The translations under genes were made by a program, and so were the position numbers. The notes below the pieces were generated by a model. The model was not told the DNA's origin and did not search any database. It saw only the letters and a list, made by a program, of their open reading frames with translations. From NCBI GenBank assembly GCA_963794175.1, contig CAWCCV010000022.1, positions 9,958 through 73,957 of the forward strand: a stretch of DNA of 64,000 bases, in the 5' to 3' direction. The stretch comes from an uncultured Acidobacteriota bacterium. Its GTDB lineage: Bacteria; Acidobacteriota; Terriglobia; Acidiferrales; UBA7541. Shown here piece by piece: positions 21,825 to 32,281 of the stretch (its first letter is position 1; the number at the start of each line of letters is the position of its first letter).

Positions 21825-22384
21825 TCCGCTCCTCCCGTCATTGCGCTGCGCAGGGCTTCAAGTCCGCGATAGAGACGCGACTTCACGGTGGAGATCGGTG
21901 TGCTCAAAACGCCTGCAATCTCTTCCAGCTGCATCTCTTCCTGAAAGCGCAGCACCAGCACTTCTCGATAGACGACCGGAATTTTAGTCAGCGAGGTTTG
22001 GATGCCTTCGCGCTGTTCTTCGTTCAAATAAGACTCCAGCGGTGTGATGTTTTTCTCGTCCTTCACGTCGAAGGAGTCCCTGGTCCGGATTGCCGAGCGC
22101 TTCAAGGCTTTGCGGTTTCTTGCGCCGGTGCCAGTCGAGCACCAGATTGCGAGCAATGGTGAAGAGCCAAGCTTCGAATTTCCATTTGCCGTCGTATTGC
22201 GCGCCGCGTTCGAGTACGCGCACCCAGGTTTCCTGGAAAAAATCTTCGGCGCGTTCGCGGCTTCCGGTCAGGTGCAGCAAATAGCGGAACAGCCGGAACT
22301 GGTACTGCTCGATAAGAAGGTCGAGCAACTCCGGGTCGCGTTGCTTCAGGCCGCGAGCGATGGATTTTGACGTCATCTGTCATC
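21821..22384 (-). CDS. ECF RNA polymerase sigma-70 factor (frameshifted; start uncertain, possibly 22449)
   Basis: AEDFFQETW, WLFTIARN region 2; YREVLVLR..EEIA..STVKSRLYRG region 4. Confidence 0.9.
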
Positions 22385-22534
22385 AGGCTGGAAAAGCGGA
22401 GCCCCGTTGTGAAGCGTGCCGCCCAGGTGGTTGTAAAGGTCGCGCTCATTCTACAGGGGATACGCAGAAGAGGCGCAAAAAGACGCCTTGCACAGATAAC
22501 GGGCTAAAGCTTGTGTTGTTGTACACTTACGGGA

Positions 22535-23275
22535 ATGCTCTACTGCCCGCAATGCGGCACGGAATACCGTGAAGGCTATTCGTCCTGCTCTGATTGCCAT
22601 GTTCTCCTGGTACGGGAGAGGCCCAAAGGGAGGGAGTTGCAATCCGTCGCAGAGTCCGGCGATCCCGGCAAAGACCCTTATACCGAATTCTGGCATGGCG
22701 AGGATGCGCGTCTTCATGCTGAACTTTGCTCGCTATTGGACGAGGCTGAAATACCGCACATCACCATTCAAAAGGAAGATCGTTTGTTCCGCCTTACCAC
22801 GCAGCCGTCTCTGCAGCTTGCCGTGCCTTTCTCGCAACTGGAAAAAGCGGAGTCGGTGATCCGCGAGACTTTTGGAGAAACTCCCGAGCTTCCGGACTCT
22901 GGTACGCAGTCGGATGGAGGAAAAAAAACGGAAGAGATAGACGACTGGACAAAATTTGCAGGCGATACTTCGCGGAAGGGTTTTCTGCCCGCGATTTTCG
23001 AAAAATTGCGCGGACCCCGGCCGCCCGCAGGGGAAACGCGGCGCGCGCAACGCAAAGAACCTGACGAGTGGCGTGCCGAAGAGGCCACGATCGAAGTCTG
23101 GTCAGGGCCAGATGCCGCTTTCGCCGAAATGATCGCGGCTTCGCTTCGAGAAAATGAGATTCTCTCCAGATGTGACGCGTTCAAGAGTTCACAGATTGTA
23201 TTAGTCGAACCCAAAGACCAGGTGCGCGCTCGCGAAATCGTCCGCCAAATTGTGGAAGCCACTCCGCCCGAGTAG
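22535..23275 (+). CDS. N-terminal zinc ribbon protein with two DUF2007-like domains
   Basis: YCPQCGTEY...CSDC; two repeats of L.S.L.E.EI...V....A..(V/I)I. Confidence 0.7.
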   Translation: MLYCPQCGTEYREGYSSCSDCHVLLVRERPKGRELQSVAESGDPGKDPYTEFWHGEDARLHAELCSLLDEAEIPHITIQKEDRLFRLTTQPSLQLAVPFSQLEKAESVIRETFGETPELPDSGTQSDGGKKTEEIDDWTKFAGDTSRKGFLPAIFEKLRGPRPPAGETRRAQRKEPDEWRAEEATIEVWSGPDAAFAEMIAASLRENEILSRCDAFKSSQIVLVEPKDQVRAREIVRQIVEATPPE

Positions 23276-23568
23276 CCTCCTCCGGCCGTTCCCTGGTGGT
23301 GACCGGAATTGCTGGTGCGAGAGTCTGCTCATTCCTGCGCGGCTTTTTCGGAAAGGCGAGGATGCTATTTTCTCGGCAGTCTCTTTGCGAAGTTAAAAAC
23401 AGCTCCGGGTACTACTCGAGCGATACGCGGCGCGCCGGGCCCCCGGCCGTTTGCCCTTTGCGGTTCGCTTGCGTTTACATCGTCATTCCTTGTCTTGACC
23501 TAGAATTCGGCACGGTGCATTCTGTCAGCCCGAAGAGTTAAATTTTTTAAGACGCACCGAGGCATTGC

Positions 23569-24441
23569 TTGGCGAATACTTCCATAGAACAGATTCGGGC
23601 CGTTGCCGTGCTCGGAGCCGGCACGATGGGCAACGGCATCGCGCACGTTTTCGCGCGGGCGGGTTACAAAGTGGTCTTGCGTGATGTTGAACGCAAAGTT
23701 CTCGACCGTGCGATGGACACCATTAACAAGAATCTCGAGCGTGAAGTAAAAAAAGGGAAGCTCGACGAAGCAGGGAAAGGAAGCACGCTTGCCCGAATCC
23801 AGCCCGTAGTCGACATGTCGGCAATCGCTGTAGCCGATTTTGTCGTGGAGGCTGTGCCGGAAAAAATCGAAATCAAGCGAGCCGTTCTTTCGGAAGCGGA
23901 CCGGATTCTGCGCGAAAGCGTAGTGATCGCTTCAAATACCTCCTCCATCGCCATGACCGCCCTCGCTGCATTGACCAAGCGGCCGGAACGCTTTGTCGGG
24001 ATGCACTTCATGAATCCCGTTCCGGTGATGCAACTCGTCGAAGTCATCCGCGCGCTGCAAACGAGCGACGAAGCGTTTCAGTTGACGATGGAACTTTCCA
24101 GGAAACTCGGCAAAATTCCCGTTGCGGTGAACGATGCTCCCGGCTTCGTTTCAAATCGCGTGCTCATGCCTCTGATCAACGAAGCCGCGTATTGCGTGAT
24201 GGAAGGTGTTGCGACGTCGGAAGCGGTGGATGCCGTCATGAAGCTCGGCATGAATCATCCGATGGGCCCGCTCGAACTCGCCGATTTTATCGGTCTCGAC
24301 GTCTGCGTCGACATACTAGATGTCCTGCTCGAAGGCCTCGGCGATCCCAAATATCGCGCTTGCCCGCTCCTCAAGAAATACGTCGCCGCCGGCTGGCTTG
24401 GCCGCAAGTCCGGGCGCGGGTTTTACCGCTATTCAGGATAG
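23569..24441 (+). CDS. hbd: 3-hydroxybutyryl-CoA dehydrogenase
   Basis: [46 protein letters not shown]. Confidence 0.93.
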   Translation: MANTSIEQIRAVAVLGAGTMGNGIAHVFARAGYKVVLRDVERKVLDRAMDTINKNLEREVKKGKLDEAGKGSTLARIQPVVDMSAIAVADFVVEAVPEKIEIKRAVLSEADRILRESVVIASNTSSIAMTALAALTKRPERFVGMHFMNPVPVMQLVEVIRALQTSDEAFQLTMELSRKLGKIPVAVNDAPGFVSNRVLMPLINEAAYCVMEGVATSEAVDAVMKLGMNHPMGPLELADFIGLDVCVDILDVLLEGLGDPKYRACPLLKKYVAAGWLGRKSGRGFYRYSG

Positions 24442-24450
24442 GCCCGGGTG

Positions 24451-24503
24451 GCGAAACTAAGGCGAAAATAATGTTTGCCTTTTGTTCGCCATTTTGCTAT
24501 TTT
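24451..24503. promoter_or_regulatory. Two putative LexA operators in opposite orientation, overlapping promoter TTGCCT-N17-TATTTT
   Basis: GCGAA at 24451 and 24462 (TTCGC-N6-TTCGC on minus strand); TTTGC at 24474 and TTCGC at 24485 on plus strand; 11-bp period in both. Confidence 0.62.
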
Positions 24504-24531
24504 CCTCCTCGGCGTTTTCAACAGGTGCCCG

Positions 24532-24738
24532 ATGTGCTCCGCTTCGACCCTAGCTATAAGCTGTCCGGAACATGCTAGGCTCGAAAGCGAGTTCCAGGAG
24601 GCGCGCGACAGGATGCGAGGGCTGATGAGGCTTCGCAAGCTTTCTTCTTCCGAGGAACGGCAACTGGCGGATCGAGTGGCATTGGCTATCGCCCGTTTGA
24701 AAGAGCATCTTGCCGAGCACCGTTGCCAGCGCCTGTAG
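24532..24738 (+). CDS. 68-aa hypothetical helical protein with CPEH...HxxxHxC motif
   Basis: AGGTG before ATG; amphipathic helices; Cys/His at both ends. Confidence 0.6.
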   Translation: MCSASTLAISCPEHARLESEFQEARDRMRGLMRLRKLSSSEERQLADRVALAIARLKEHLAEHRCQRL

Positions 24739-24859
24739 CATCCAGGAAGGGCTAGCGCGAAGGTATAACAAATGATAAAGTCCCTCTTCCGCTATGTTCC
24801 TGGCAGCACGGTCGGGCTCCTAACGGCAATTCCCCTACTTTCCTTTACCGAGGTATGAC

Positions 24860-25984
24860 ATGGCAGACGAAAAAGCAAAACTCCTGGAAGCCGCAATATC
24901 ACAGATAGAAAAGTCTTACGGCAAGGGCAGCATCATGCGGCTGGGCAACAAGGACGTGCTCGTGCCGGTCAACGTGATCCCGAGCGGGTGTCTTTCGATT
25001 GACGCCGCGCTCGGCGTCGGCGGCTTCCCGCGCGGACGCGTGATCGAAATCTACGGCCCGGAATCCGGCGGTAAGACCACGCTGACGCTGCAAGTGATTG
25101 CGGAAGCTCAAAAGCTCGGCGGTCAGGCGGCGTTCATTGACGCAGAGCACGCGCTTGATCCTTCCTACGCGCGCAAGCTCGGTGTAGACGTGGACAATCT
25201 TCTCGTCTCGCAGCCGGATCACGGTGAACAGGCACTGGAAATTGCGGAAACGCTGATCCGTTCGGGTGGCGTGGACGTGGTGGTGATTGACTCGGTTGCT
25301 GCCCTCGTTCCGAAGGCCGAACTGGAAGGCGACATGGGCGATCCTTCGATGGGTTTGCAGGCGCGCTTGATGTCTCAGGCGTTGCGCAAACTTACCGCGA
25401 TCGTTTCGAAGTCGCGCACCTGCCTCATCTTCATTAACCAGATTCGCGAAAAGATTGGCGTCATGTTCGGCAATCCGGAAACGACCACCGGCGGCCGTGC
25501 GCTCAAGTTCTACGCGTCGATGCGCGTGGACATTCGCCGCATCCAGGCTATCAAGGATGGCGACCGCGTCGTCGGCTCGCGCACCCGCGCCAAAATCGTT
25601 AAGAACAAGGTTGCGGCTCCATTCCGCGAAGCCGAATTCGACATTCTCTACGGCGAAGGCATTTCGCGCGAGGGAGATCTGATCGATCTCGGCGTGGACA
25701 AAGGCATTCTCGAAAAGTCCGGTACATGGATCAGCTTCGCCGGCGAACGCATGGGCCAGGGCCGCGACAACGCGCGCGTCTTCCTCAAGGAAAACGCGGA
25801 CGTTCGCGAAAAACTCGAGGCTGCTCTGCGCAAGAAGATGGAAGTTCCCGGACCCAACGGCAACGCGGCGCCCAGCGCGCCCCACGGTGCCAATGGCGTT
25901 CTGCACAACGAAAAGCCCAGTGCGCAAGCTGCCGCAGCTTCGGCCGGCGCAGCGCGTCCGGCAAAGCCAGTGAACAGCAGATAG
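24860..25984 (+). CDS. recA: Recombinase RecA
   Basis: [57 protein letters not shown]. Confidence 0.99.
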   Translation: MADEKAKLLEAAISQIEKSYGKGSIMRLGNKDVLVPVNVIPSGCLSIDAALGVGGFPRGRVIEIYGPESGGKTTLTLQVIAEAQKLGGQAAFIDAEHALDPSYARKLGVDVDNLLVSQPDHGEQALEIAETLIRSGGVDVVVIDSVAALVPKAELEGDMGDPSMGLQARLMSQALRKLTAIVSKSRTCLIFINQIREKIGVMFGNPETTTGGRALKFYASMRVDIRRIQAIKDGDRVVGSRTRAKIVKNKVAAPFREAEFDILYGEGISREGDLIDLGVDKGILEKSGTWISFAGERMGQGRDNARVFLKENADVREKLEAALRKKMEVPGPNGNAAPSAPHGANGVLHNEKPSAQAAAASAGAARPAKPVNSR

Positions 25985-26510
25985 CTGCCCCGCATTCACA
26001 TTTTTTGCAGGGCGCCCGCATTCAAGTTCGGCGCGCCCTTTCCCTTTGTCCATCTCCGCCTGCTATTTCCAGCGATCTAAGCCGGTCGGCGAGATCCGCC
26101 CGGACTGGACGGGCATAGGCCCAGAAATTGCTCCCCGCGCAGGCTCCTCGATCTCTTACGAACGCCCCTTCTCGGTCAGGGCCGTCTCACTTTTTCCTGT
26201 CCCCCGGGCCAGCATTCAAAATAAAGCACATAGCTCGTACTAGGCCTATTTCGCCATTGTCCTGCCTAGTCTTTCTCACTACACTATGTCTCAGAGTGAG
26301 AGGCCGTGTTTCGTTCGGGTACACGCTTCCAGCTGCGCGGCATCTAAGTTCTTTGTTGTAAACGCGCCGCCATTTGGCTGTATTCGTGCATTTCTTTTGT
26401 CGCTTCGCGCGGTGTGGCTCGCCGAGCAAGGGAAATTCGTCGACTCGGCACCGCTCATGAAGTACAAAGCGCGATTCGCCGATAGAAAATCTTGATCAGG
26501 GGTTGTGCGA

Positions 26511-27623
26511 ATGTTGAAAACCAGCGGACTTGGAAAAACGTCACTAGCAATTTTCCTCTCCGCTTGTTGTGTGCTCCCGGCTCCGGTAGCCTCCGCGGCC
26601 ACTGCCGCGGCTAAACCGCGCCCAGCTACGAAGTCCACGCGCCACCGTTATGTTCCGCGCGAAAAAGCCGTCGATCCAACGAAGGGCGACGTCACAGATT
26701 TTGATGATCCGATTGTGCGTGCCGCTGCTGTGGGTGCGCTCGGCAAATACAATGGCTCGGTGGTTGCTGTAGAGCCGACCACAGGCCGCATTCTCACCGT
26801 GGTCAATCAGAAAATGGCGTACTCCGACGGCGCGATTCCTTGCTCCACCATCAAGCCGACCATTGCCGTCGCCGCTCTTCAAGAAAACGTCATCACGCGC
26901 GACACCATGCTCAAGGTTGGCCGCCGCAAGTACATGAATTTGACCGAAGCGATGGCCCATTCAAACAACGTCTTCTTTGAGCAGCTCGGCCAGCGCATGG
27001 GTTTTGAGACGGTTTCGAAGTACGGCCGTCTGCTCGGCCTTGGCGAACTTGCTGGCTACAATCTTGCAGACGAGCGCCCAGGTGCATTCCCCATGGTGCC
27101 CCCGCAAAAAGGCGGCGTCGCTCGCATGTCCAGCTTCGGCGAAGGCATCCAAGTTACTCCGTTTCAGCTTGCTTCGCTTGCAGCCGCGTTCGCCAACGGC
27201 GGCACACTTTATTATTTGCAATATCCGCAGGTCGCTGCGCCCGGCCAAGACGCTCCTGCATTCGAACCGCGCGTGAAGCGTGAATTGAATATTGCTCCTC
27301 TTCTTCCCGAATTGCGCGAAGGAATGTTGGCCGCCGTTCTCTACGGCACTGGCAAGCGCAGCTACGACACGGGCGGCGACGAACTTCCCGCCGGCAAGAC
27401 CGGCACCTGCTCTGACGAGCAATCGCATGTCGGCTGGTTCCTGTCTTACGCCGACGAAGCGCATCCGAAAATTGCGCTCGCCGTTTTGATCCGCGGCCGC
27501 TCTTCACTCATCAAGGGCCCGCTTGCAGCCGGCGTCGCAGGCCGCATCTACCGCCGCCTCCGCGAACAAGACTATTTCGCGAGCTTGCCGGCGCGTAGCA
27601 CCGCACTCCGTTCCGGCAACTAG
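26511..27623 (+). CDS. Transpeptidase-only penicillin-binding protein
   Basis: STIK (SxxK), SNN (SxN), KTG motifs; signal peptide; no dimerisation or transglycosylase domain seen. Confidence 0.85.
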   Translation: MLKTSGLGKTSLAIFLSACCVLPAPVASAATAAAKPRPATKSTRHRYVPREKAVDPTKGDVTDFDDPIVRAAAVGALGKYNGSVVAVEPTTGRILTVVNQKMAYSDGAIPCSTIKPTIAVAALQENVITRDTMLKVGRRKYMNLTEAMAHSNNVFFEQLGQRMGFETVSKYGRLLGLGELAGYNLADERPGAFPMVPPQKGGVARMSSFGEGIQVTPFQLASLAAAFANGGTLYYLQYPQVAAPGQDAPAFEPRVKRELNIAPLLPELREGMLAAVLYGTGKRSYDTGGDELPAGKTGTCSDEQSHVGWFLSYADEAHPKIALAVLIRGRSSLIKGPLAAGVAGRIYRRLREQDYFASLPARSTALRSGN

Positions 27624-27640
27624 CGGCTCGCACTAGCCCA

Positions 27641-27860
27641 ACGCTCGTCGGCGAAACGACGGGCGGGCGCCGCGCGCTCCGCCATTTTCCATCGCCTTTA
27701 CAATCACTTCGGCACGGGCATCCCAGAAGTCAAAGCGATCAATCCCGATGCCACAAACGACTGGGCCGAAGCCGGGGTCGAACCCGACATTCAAGCCGGC
27801 GCCAGTAGCGCACCAGACGTCGCCCTGAAGCTGGCGAAAAGCAAGCTGCAGAAACAGTAG
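27641..27860 (+). pseudogene. C-terminal remnant of an S41 family peptidase
   Basis: Reads TLVGETTGG / FHRLYNHFGTGIPEVKAINP..NDWAEAGVEPDI..ALKLAKSKLQKQ-stop with no start codon or catalytic Ser region. Confidence 0.65.
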
Positions 27861-27888
27861 GAAACGCCCGACCATGGTTCGGGTTTGA

Positions 27889-30691
27889 TCAATTCGTTGC
27901 GTTCAGGATTGCCTGCCAATTCAAAAGCGCATTCCACAACAGCCGGTGATCGCCCCGATTCATATCCCGATGCATCGGATTGAAATTGAACGAAACCACG
28001 TGCCCTCGCCCTACGGGCATATCCAGAATCGCCGGCCGTCCCAGCAAGCCTTGTTCGCCCCAGACTTGCCCGCTCACCAGCAATGGCGCGCCGTCCCTAT
28101 CGCCCCACTCCATTACAATCCCGCTGCGATCTTCCGGCCCGTCCAGGCATGACGTGCAATAGGCCATGCGCAGCCAGCTTCGCGGCACATCGTAGAGCGG
28201 GAAATTCTGCCGGAAAACGTAAGTATGTTCCGGATAACCGTACGCGATGGGATGTTCTGGCCGGTCGAAGGTAACGCGCAAGTGTGATCCCGGTGTGCGA
28301 GTCGCCGCATTCTGCGATTCCGCCGCTGCTGTTGCTCCGCCCCCTTGCGAACTTCGCGGCACGCCGCCCGCCACGCGCCGAACGCCGCGCACAATTCCAC
28401 CTTCGAGCGCCAGCATCGACCCGCTCCCCAGCGTCACCAACAATCCTCCGTCGCTGACAAATTTTTCAATTTGTGCCAGCCCCTCATATCCAATCCCGCC
28501 CGTAATGTCGTCCGACTCCGCCGGGGTTCCAAAACTCGGCGTCTTCTCAGTCTTCTTGAACGGCATCGGACTCCATCGTTTCGGCAATCCCTGAATCTGC
28601 TCGGCTAGTTCGAGGTCAACATGCCCGTACAAAAGCACGTCCACTTTTTCCTGCAAAGCGCCCGCGCGAATGTCTTCATCCCGCAAATAGACGTATGGCA
28701 CTCTGCGCTGATCGAGAATGTACCGAATCCAGCCAATCGAATCCGTGTCAGCCCACGGCACCCACACCCCCAACCGAGGTGCGAGCGCTTCGTGTTTCGC
28801 CACATTCGGCTCCGCGCTGACGCTTACAAACGACCCTCCCGCCGCGCTCGCAATTTTGCGCAGTGCATCGCCAAGCCCATCCTGCGCCGGCACAATCCAG
28901 GAACCAGCGGGGAACTCCTCACCGCCAACGGAAAAGTTCTTCTCCGCAATCTCGATTTTGAATTTCGCCAGCGCATACCGCGTCGTTACTAAATTCTCCT
29001 GCCCTGTATCGCGAAGCAAAAAGACCGGCCCCGTGCCAGATACAATTCCTGGTGGTCTTGGCACTTCCGTCACCGCCGCCAGTGAAGCCGTACGAATCGA
29101 ACTGTCGGCGATCGGAATCGCGCTCAAGTGGTAGTTATTCGCAAAATTCCATGAAAGGTCGTCATACGGTTCGCCCCCCTCCTTCGGGTAACGTTGCGGC
29201 GAGAGCAAATCCACCGCGTAATTTCGGTACGGCTGATCAAGCCGCACTACATACGTTCCAGGAGAAAACTCGCCCTCCTTCACGCGGATCGCAGCCCGAG
29301 CCCGGCCGACCTCTATATGCTGCCCGAGCAGTCGCGCAACGAGTTGCGCCACCCGTGCCGGGTCGCCCTGATCCTCTGGAATCAAAAACGCGTAGGGTGC
29401 CTCATTCAGTCCTTTCTGCCAAGAGTTAAAGCCCTTCGTATAAAAATTCCGCAGCAACTGTTTCGAATTCTTCGCCGCAAAATCAAGCGAAGCCAGAATT
29501 CCCGTTTCGTTGTAATTCACGTTATCCCGCGCCGACCACGCAAAGTCCACCGGCGGCGGAACCGGACGATACCATTCCGCCGTTCGCTCCCCGCGCTCCA
29601 GCTTTCGCTTCATCGTCTCCGCGCTCGAATTTCCAAACGTCTCATAACCGCGCCCAATCGCGTTGTGATTCATCGCTACCGAATCCAGATACAAATGACT
29701 GAATGCCTCGCCGAAATTCCACGTCGAAACTCCCGGCATCCCCAGCGCCGTCATCGCCTGTACGTCATGAAATCCTTGCTCCAGAAATTCCGTATAGGTA
29801 ATCGGATCAATGTTCGGGTTGTACGGGCCTGTCCCGTTCCACGACATCAGCAGTGGCACTGCTTCATGCAAATCGTGCACCACCGTCGGATGCCACTCAT
29901 GAAACATCCGGTGAACCGCTTTCGTCGTTTCGTGCGTCTGTTGATGCGTATCGCGATTGATGTCCACGAACGCGTATTTCGACCAGTACGGCGGCGATTG
30001 CCGAGGCAGACGTCGCATAGTCCGTTTTGCCCTTTAGATATGTGTAAAACCACTCTGTCACTTTGTCGCGCCCATCCGGATTACAAACCGGATTGATCAG
30101 CACCACCAGTTTTTCCCGAATCTCCCGAATCATCGCTTGTTCAGACACCGCCAATCGGTACGCCAACTCAAGCACCGACTCCGTCGAACCCGTTTCGTCC
30201 GAATGCAGTCCGGCATTCAGGTAATAAATCGTCCGCCCTGCCGCAATTTGCTTTTCCGCGCCGGCCTCGTCCACTTTTCGCGGGTCTGCTAGTGTTTCGG
30301 TTGTATTCTTCAGCAGCTCGAGATTCTTGATCCCCGTTTCATCTGCAATCGCAATCATTACAATGTCGCGGCCTTCTTCGCTCTTTCCAATTCTGAAAAA
30401 CTTTACGCGGGGGGACGCCGCCGCAAGCGCTTGAAAATATTTATCGGCCTGTCCCGAGCTCACCAATTCTCCCGGAGCGCCCATGATTCGGCCAAAGAAT
30501 TTTTCCGGAGAAGGAACTGTATTCGACGCCGGAACCGAAGAAACCCACGGAGAAAGGAACCGTGCCTCCGTCGTAGCCTTTGCGATCGCTTCCGTGGTCC
30601 CGGGTTCCGGAGTATCCGCCGGCGGATTCTGTTTTTGCGCGTCGGCAATCGCGGCCAGGCTAAAAAGAAGCAAAACGAGGAAACGCTTCAT
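27889..30691 (-). CDS. Secreted M14 family zinc carboxypeptidase-like protein (frameshift near 30010)
   Basis: Signal peptide, GKSEEGR, LHSDE (HxxE), NPDG, DINRD, HDLHE. Confidence 0.88.
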
Positions 30692-30898
30692 CAAATGCTC
30701 CACAAAATATTTGGGAAATCAGTACGCGTGAAATCTACTATCTCTCCGGGAATTTCGCCAATCCTGCCTGGGAAGTCTTTCCGGGTGCAGTGCCGGAAAC
30801 ATTGCAGAATCCGTTTTTGACCTGTTCTTTTCTTGGGCGTAAACAAGAGGGTGCGGTACTCTGAAACGGCATTGGCGCGGGTGGGGGCTGGGGGAAGA

Positions 30899-32176
30899 GT
30901 GAATCACAAGTTCCTTATGGTGTTGGTCGCCGTGTTTTTTGCGGGCGGCGCCGCACTCGTTTACGCCTTTCAGCAGCGCCTGAAAACGACCGCTGATCTC
31001 GACCGGGAGATAGCGCTTGCCAAAGCGCAAGCTGCAACCATCCACGAAAACACGGTTGTTCCCACCGACCAGCGCGTCCGTGCAGGTGACAATTTCGCCT
31101 CCGTGCTGCAAAAGTTCGGACTCTCTCAGGAAGAAGCGGCGGGCGCTTCCGCCGCGGCACAGCGCGCCTTCAATCTCCGGCAAGTCCGCGCGGGAAATAC
31201 TGTCACCGTAGGCCGCTCCATCGAAGGCCAGCTCCGCGAAATCGACTACAAAATCGATGCGGATCGCATGCTCAAAATCACTCCTGAGGACAAAGGCTAT
31301 ACCGCGCAAATCCGCGAAATCCCTTCACACACGGAAGTCGTCGCCGTCAGCGCCACGCTGCAGGATTCTCTGTTCAACGCCGTGGAAGACGCCGGAGAAT
31401 CCGCGGAGTTTGCAATGCGCCTTTCGCAGATTTTTGGGTACGACCTCGACTTTTACACCGACCCGCGCAAAGGTGACACATTCCTCGTCGTTCTCGAAAA
31501 AAGAAAATACGCGAATGGGCAAACCGCTTCGTATGGAAAAATCTTCGCCGTGGAATACAACAACGGTGGAAAAAAATATCAGGCTCTGCTCTTTCACGAT
31601 CCTGCTGGCCAGCCCGGCTACTACACCGCCGACGGAAAATCCCTACAGAAGGCGTTCTTGCGTTCTCCACTCAAATTTGGCGCGCCCGTTACTTCGCACT
31701 TTAGCAACGCGCGCTTTCATCCGATTTTAAAGACCTATCGCGCGCACATGGGAACGGACTATGGCGCCCCCGTCGGCACACCCGTGCAAACCATTGGCAG
31801 TGGCAAAGTCGTATTCGCTGGCCGCAAGAGCGGCGAAGGGAACATGGTGCAGATCGCTCATGCCAACGGCTACGAAACAATGTATCTGCATTTGTCCAAA
31901 ATGTACGTTCGCGCGGGCGAGCACATCGAAATCGGAAAGACTATCGGCCTTGTCGGAAGTACCGGGCTTTCCACGGGTCCGCATCTAGATTTCCGCATTC
32001 TCCAGCGCGGGCAATATAAGAATTTTGAAAAACTGGGCTTGCCTCCTTCCGATCCGGTCTCCAAAAAGAATCTGCCGGAATTTGCAGAGCTGCGCGAAAA
32101 ATGGCTCCCACTCTTGAAGAATCCGGAACTTTTGCAAGCCAATGTCGCGATCAGCGGCGCGGCCCCTTCGCGTTGA
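30899..32176 (+). CDS. M23 family peptidoglycan DD-endopeptidase (MepM-like)
   Basis: N-terminal TM, LysM-like segment, HMGTD, YLHLS, STGPHLD. Confidence 0.92.
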   Translation: MNHKFLMVLVAVFFAGGAALVYAFQQRLKTTADLDREIALAKAQAATIHENTVVPTDQRVRAGDNFASVLQKFGLSQEEAAGASAAAQRAFNLRQVRAGNTVTVGRSIEGQLREIDYKIDADRMLKITPEDKGYTAQIREIPSHTEVVAVSATLQDSLFNAVEDAGESAEFAMRLSQIFGYDLDFYTDPRKGDTFLVVLEKRKYANGQTASYGKIFAVEYNNGGKKYQALLFHDPAGQPGYYTADGKSLQKAFLRSPLKFGAPVTSHFSNARFHPILKTYRAHMGTDYGAPVGTPVQTIGSGKVVFAGRKSGEGNMVQIAHANGYETMYLHLSKMYVRAGEHIEIGKTIGLVGSTGLSTGPHLDFRILQRGQYKNFEKLGLPPSDPVSKKNLPEFAELREKWLPLLKNPELLQANVAISGAAPSR

Positions 32177-32281
32177 CCTGGAATCATCAACAGAACTACC
32201 TAAGCCACAAGTCAGACTTTTCTCGCTTGCGTGGGTAGTTCTTCCGCGCACAGAAACAATTTGCTTCCCGCACGGTTGTTC

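Noticed and set aside
24899-26053. Long antisense ORFs over recA (similarly over pyc, korA, thiolase and the protease fusion)
   Set aside because: Expected from GC-rich codon bias; no motifs or RBS
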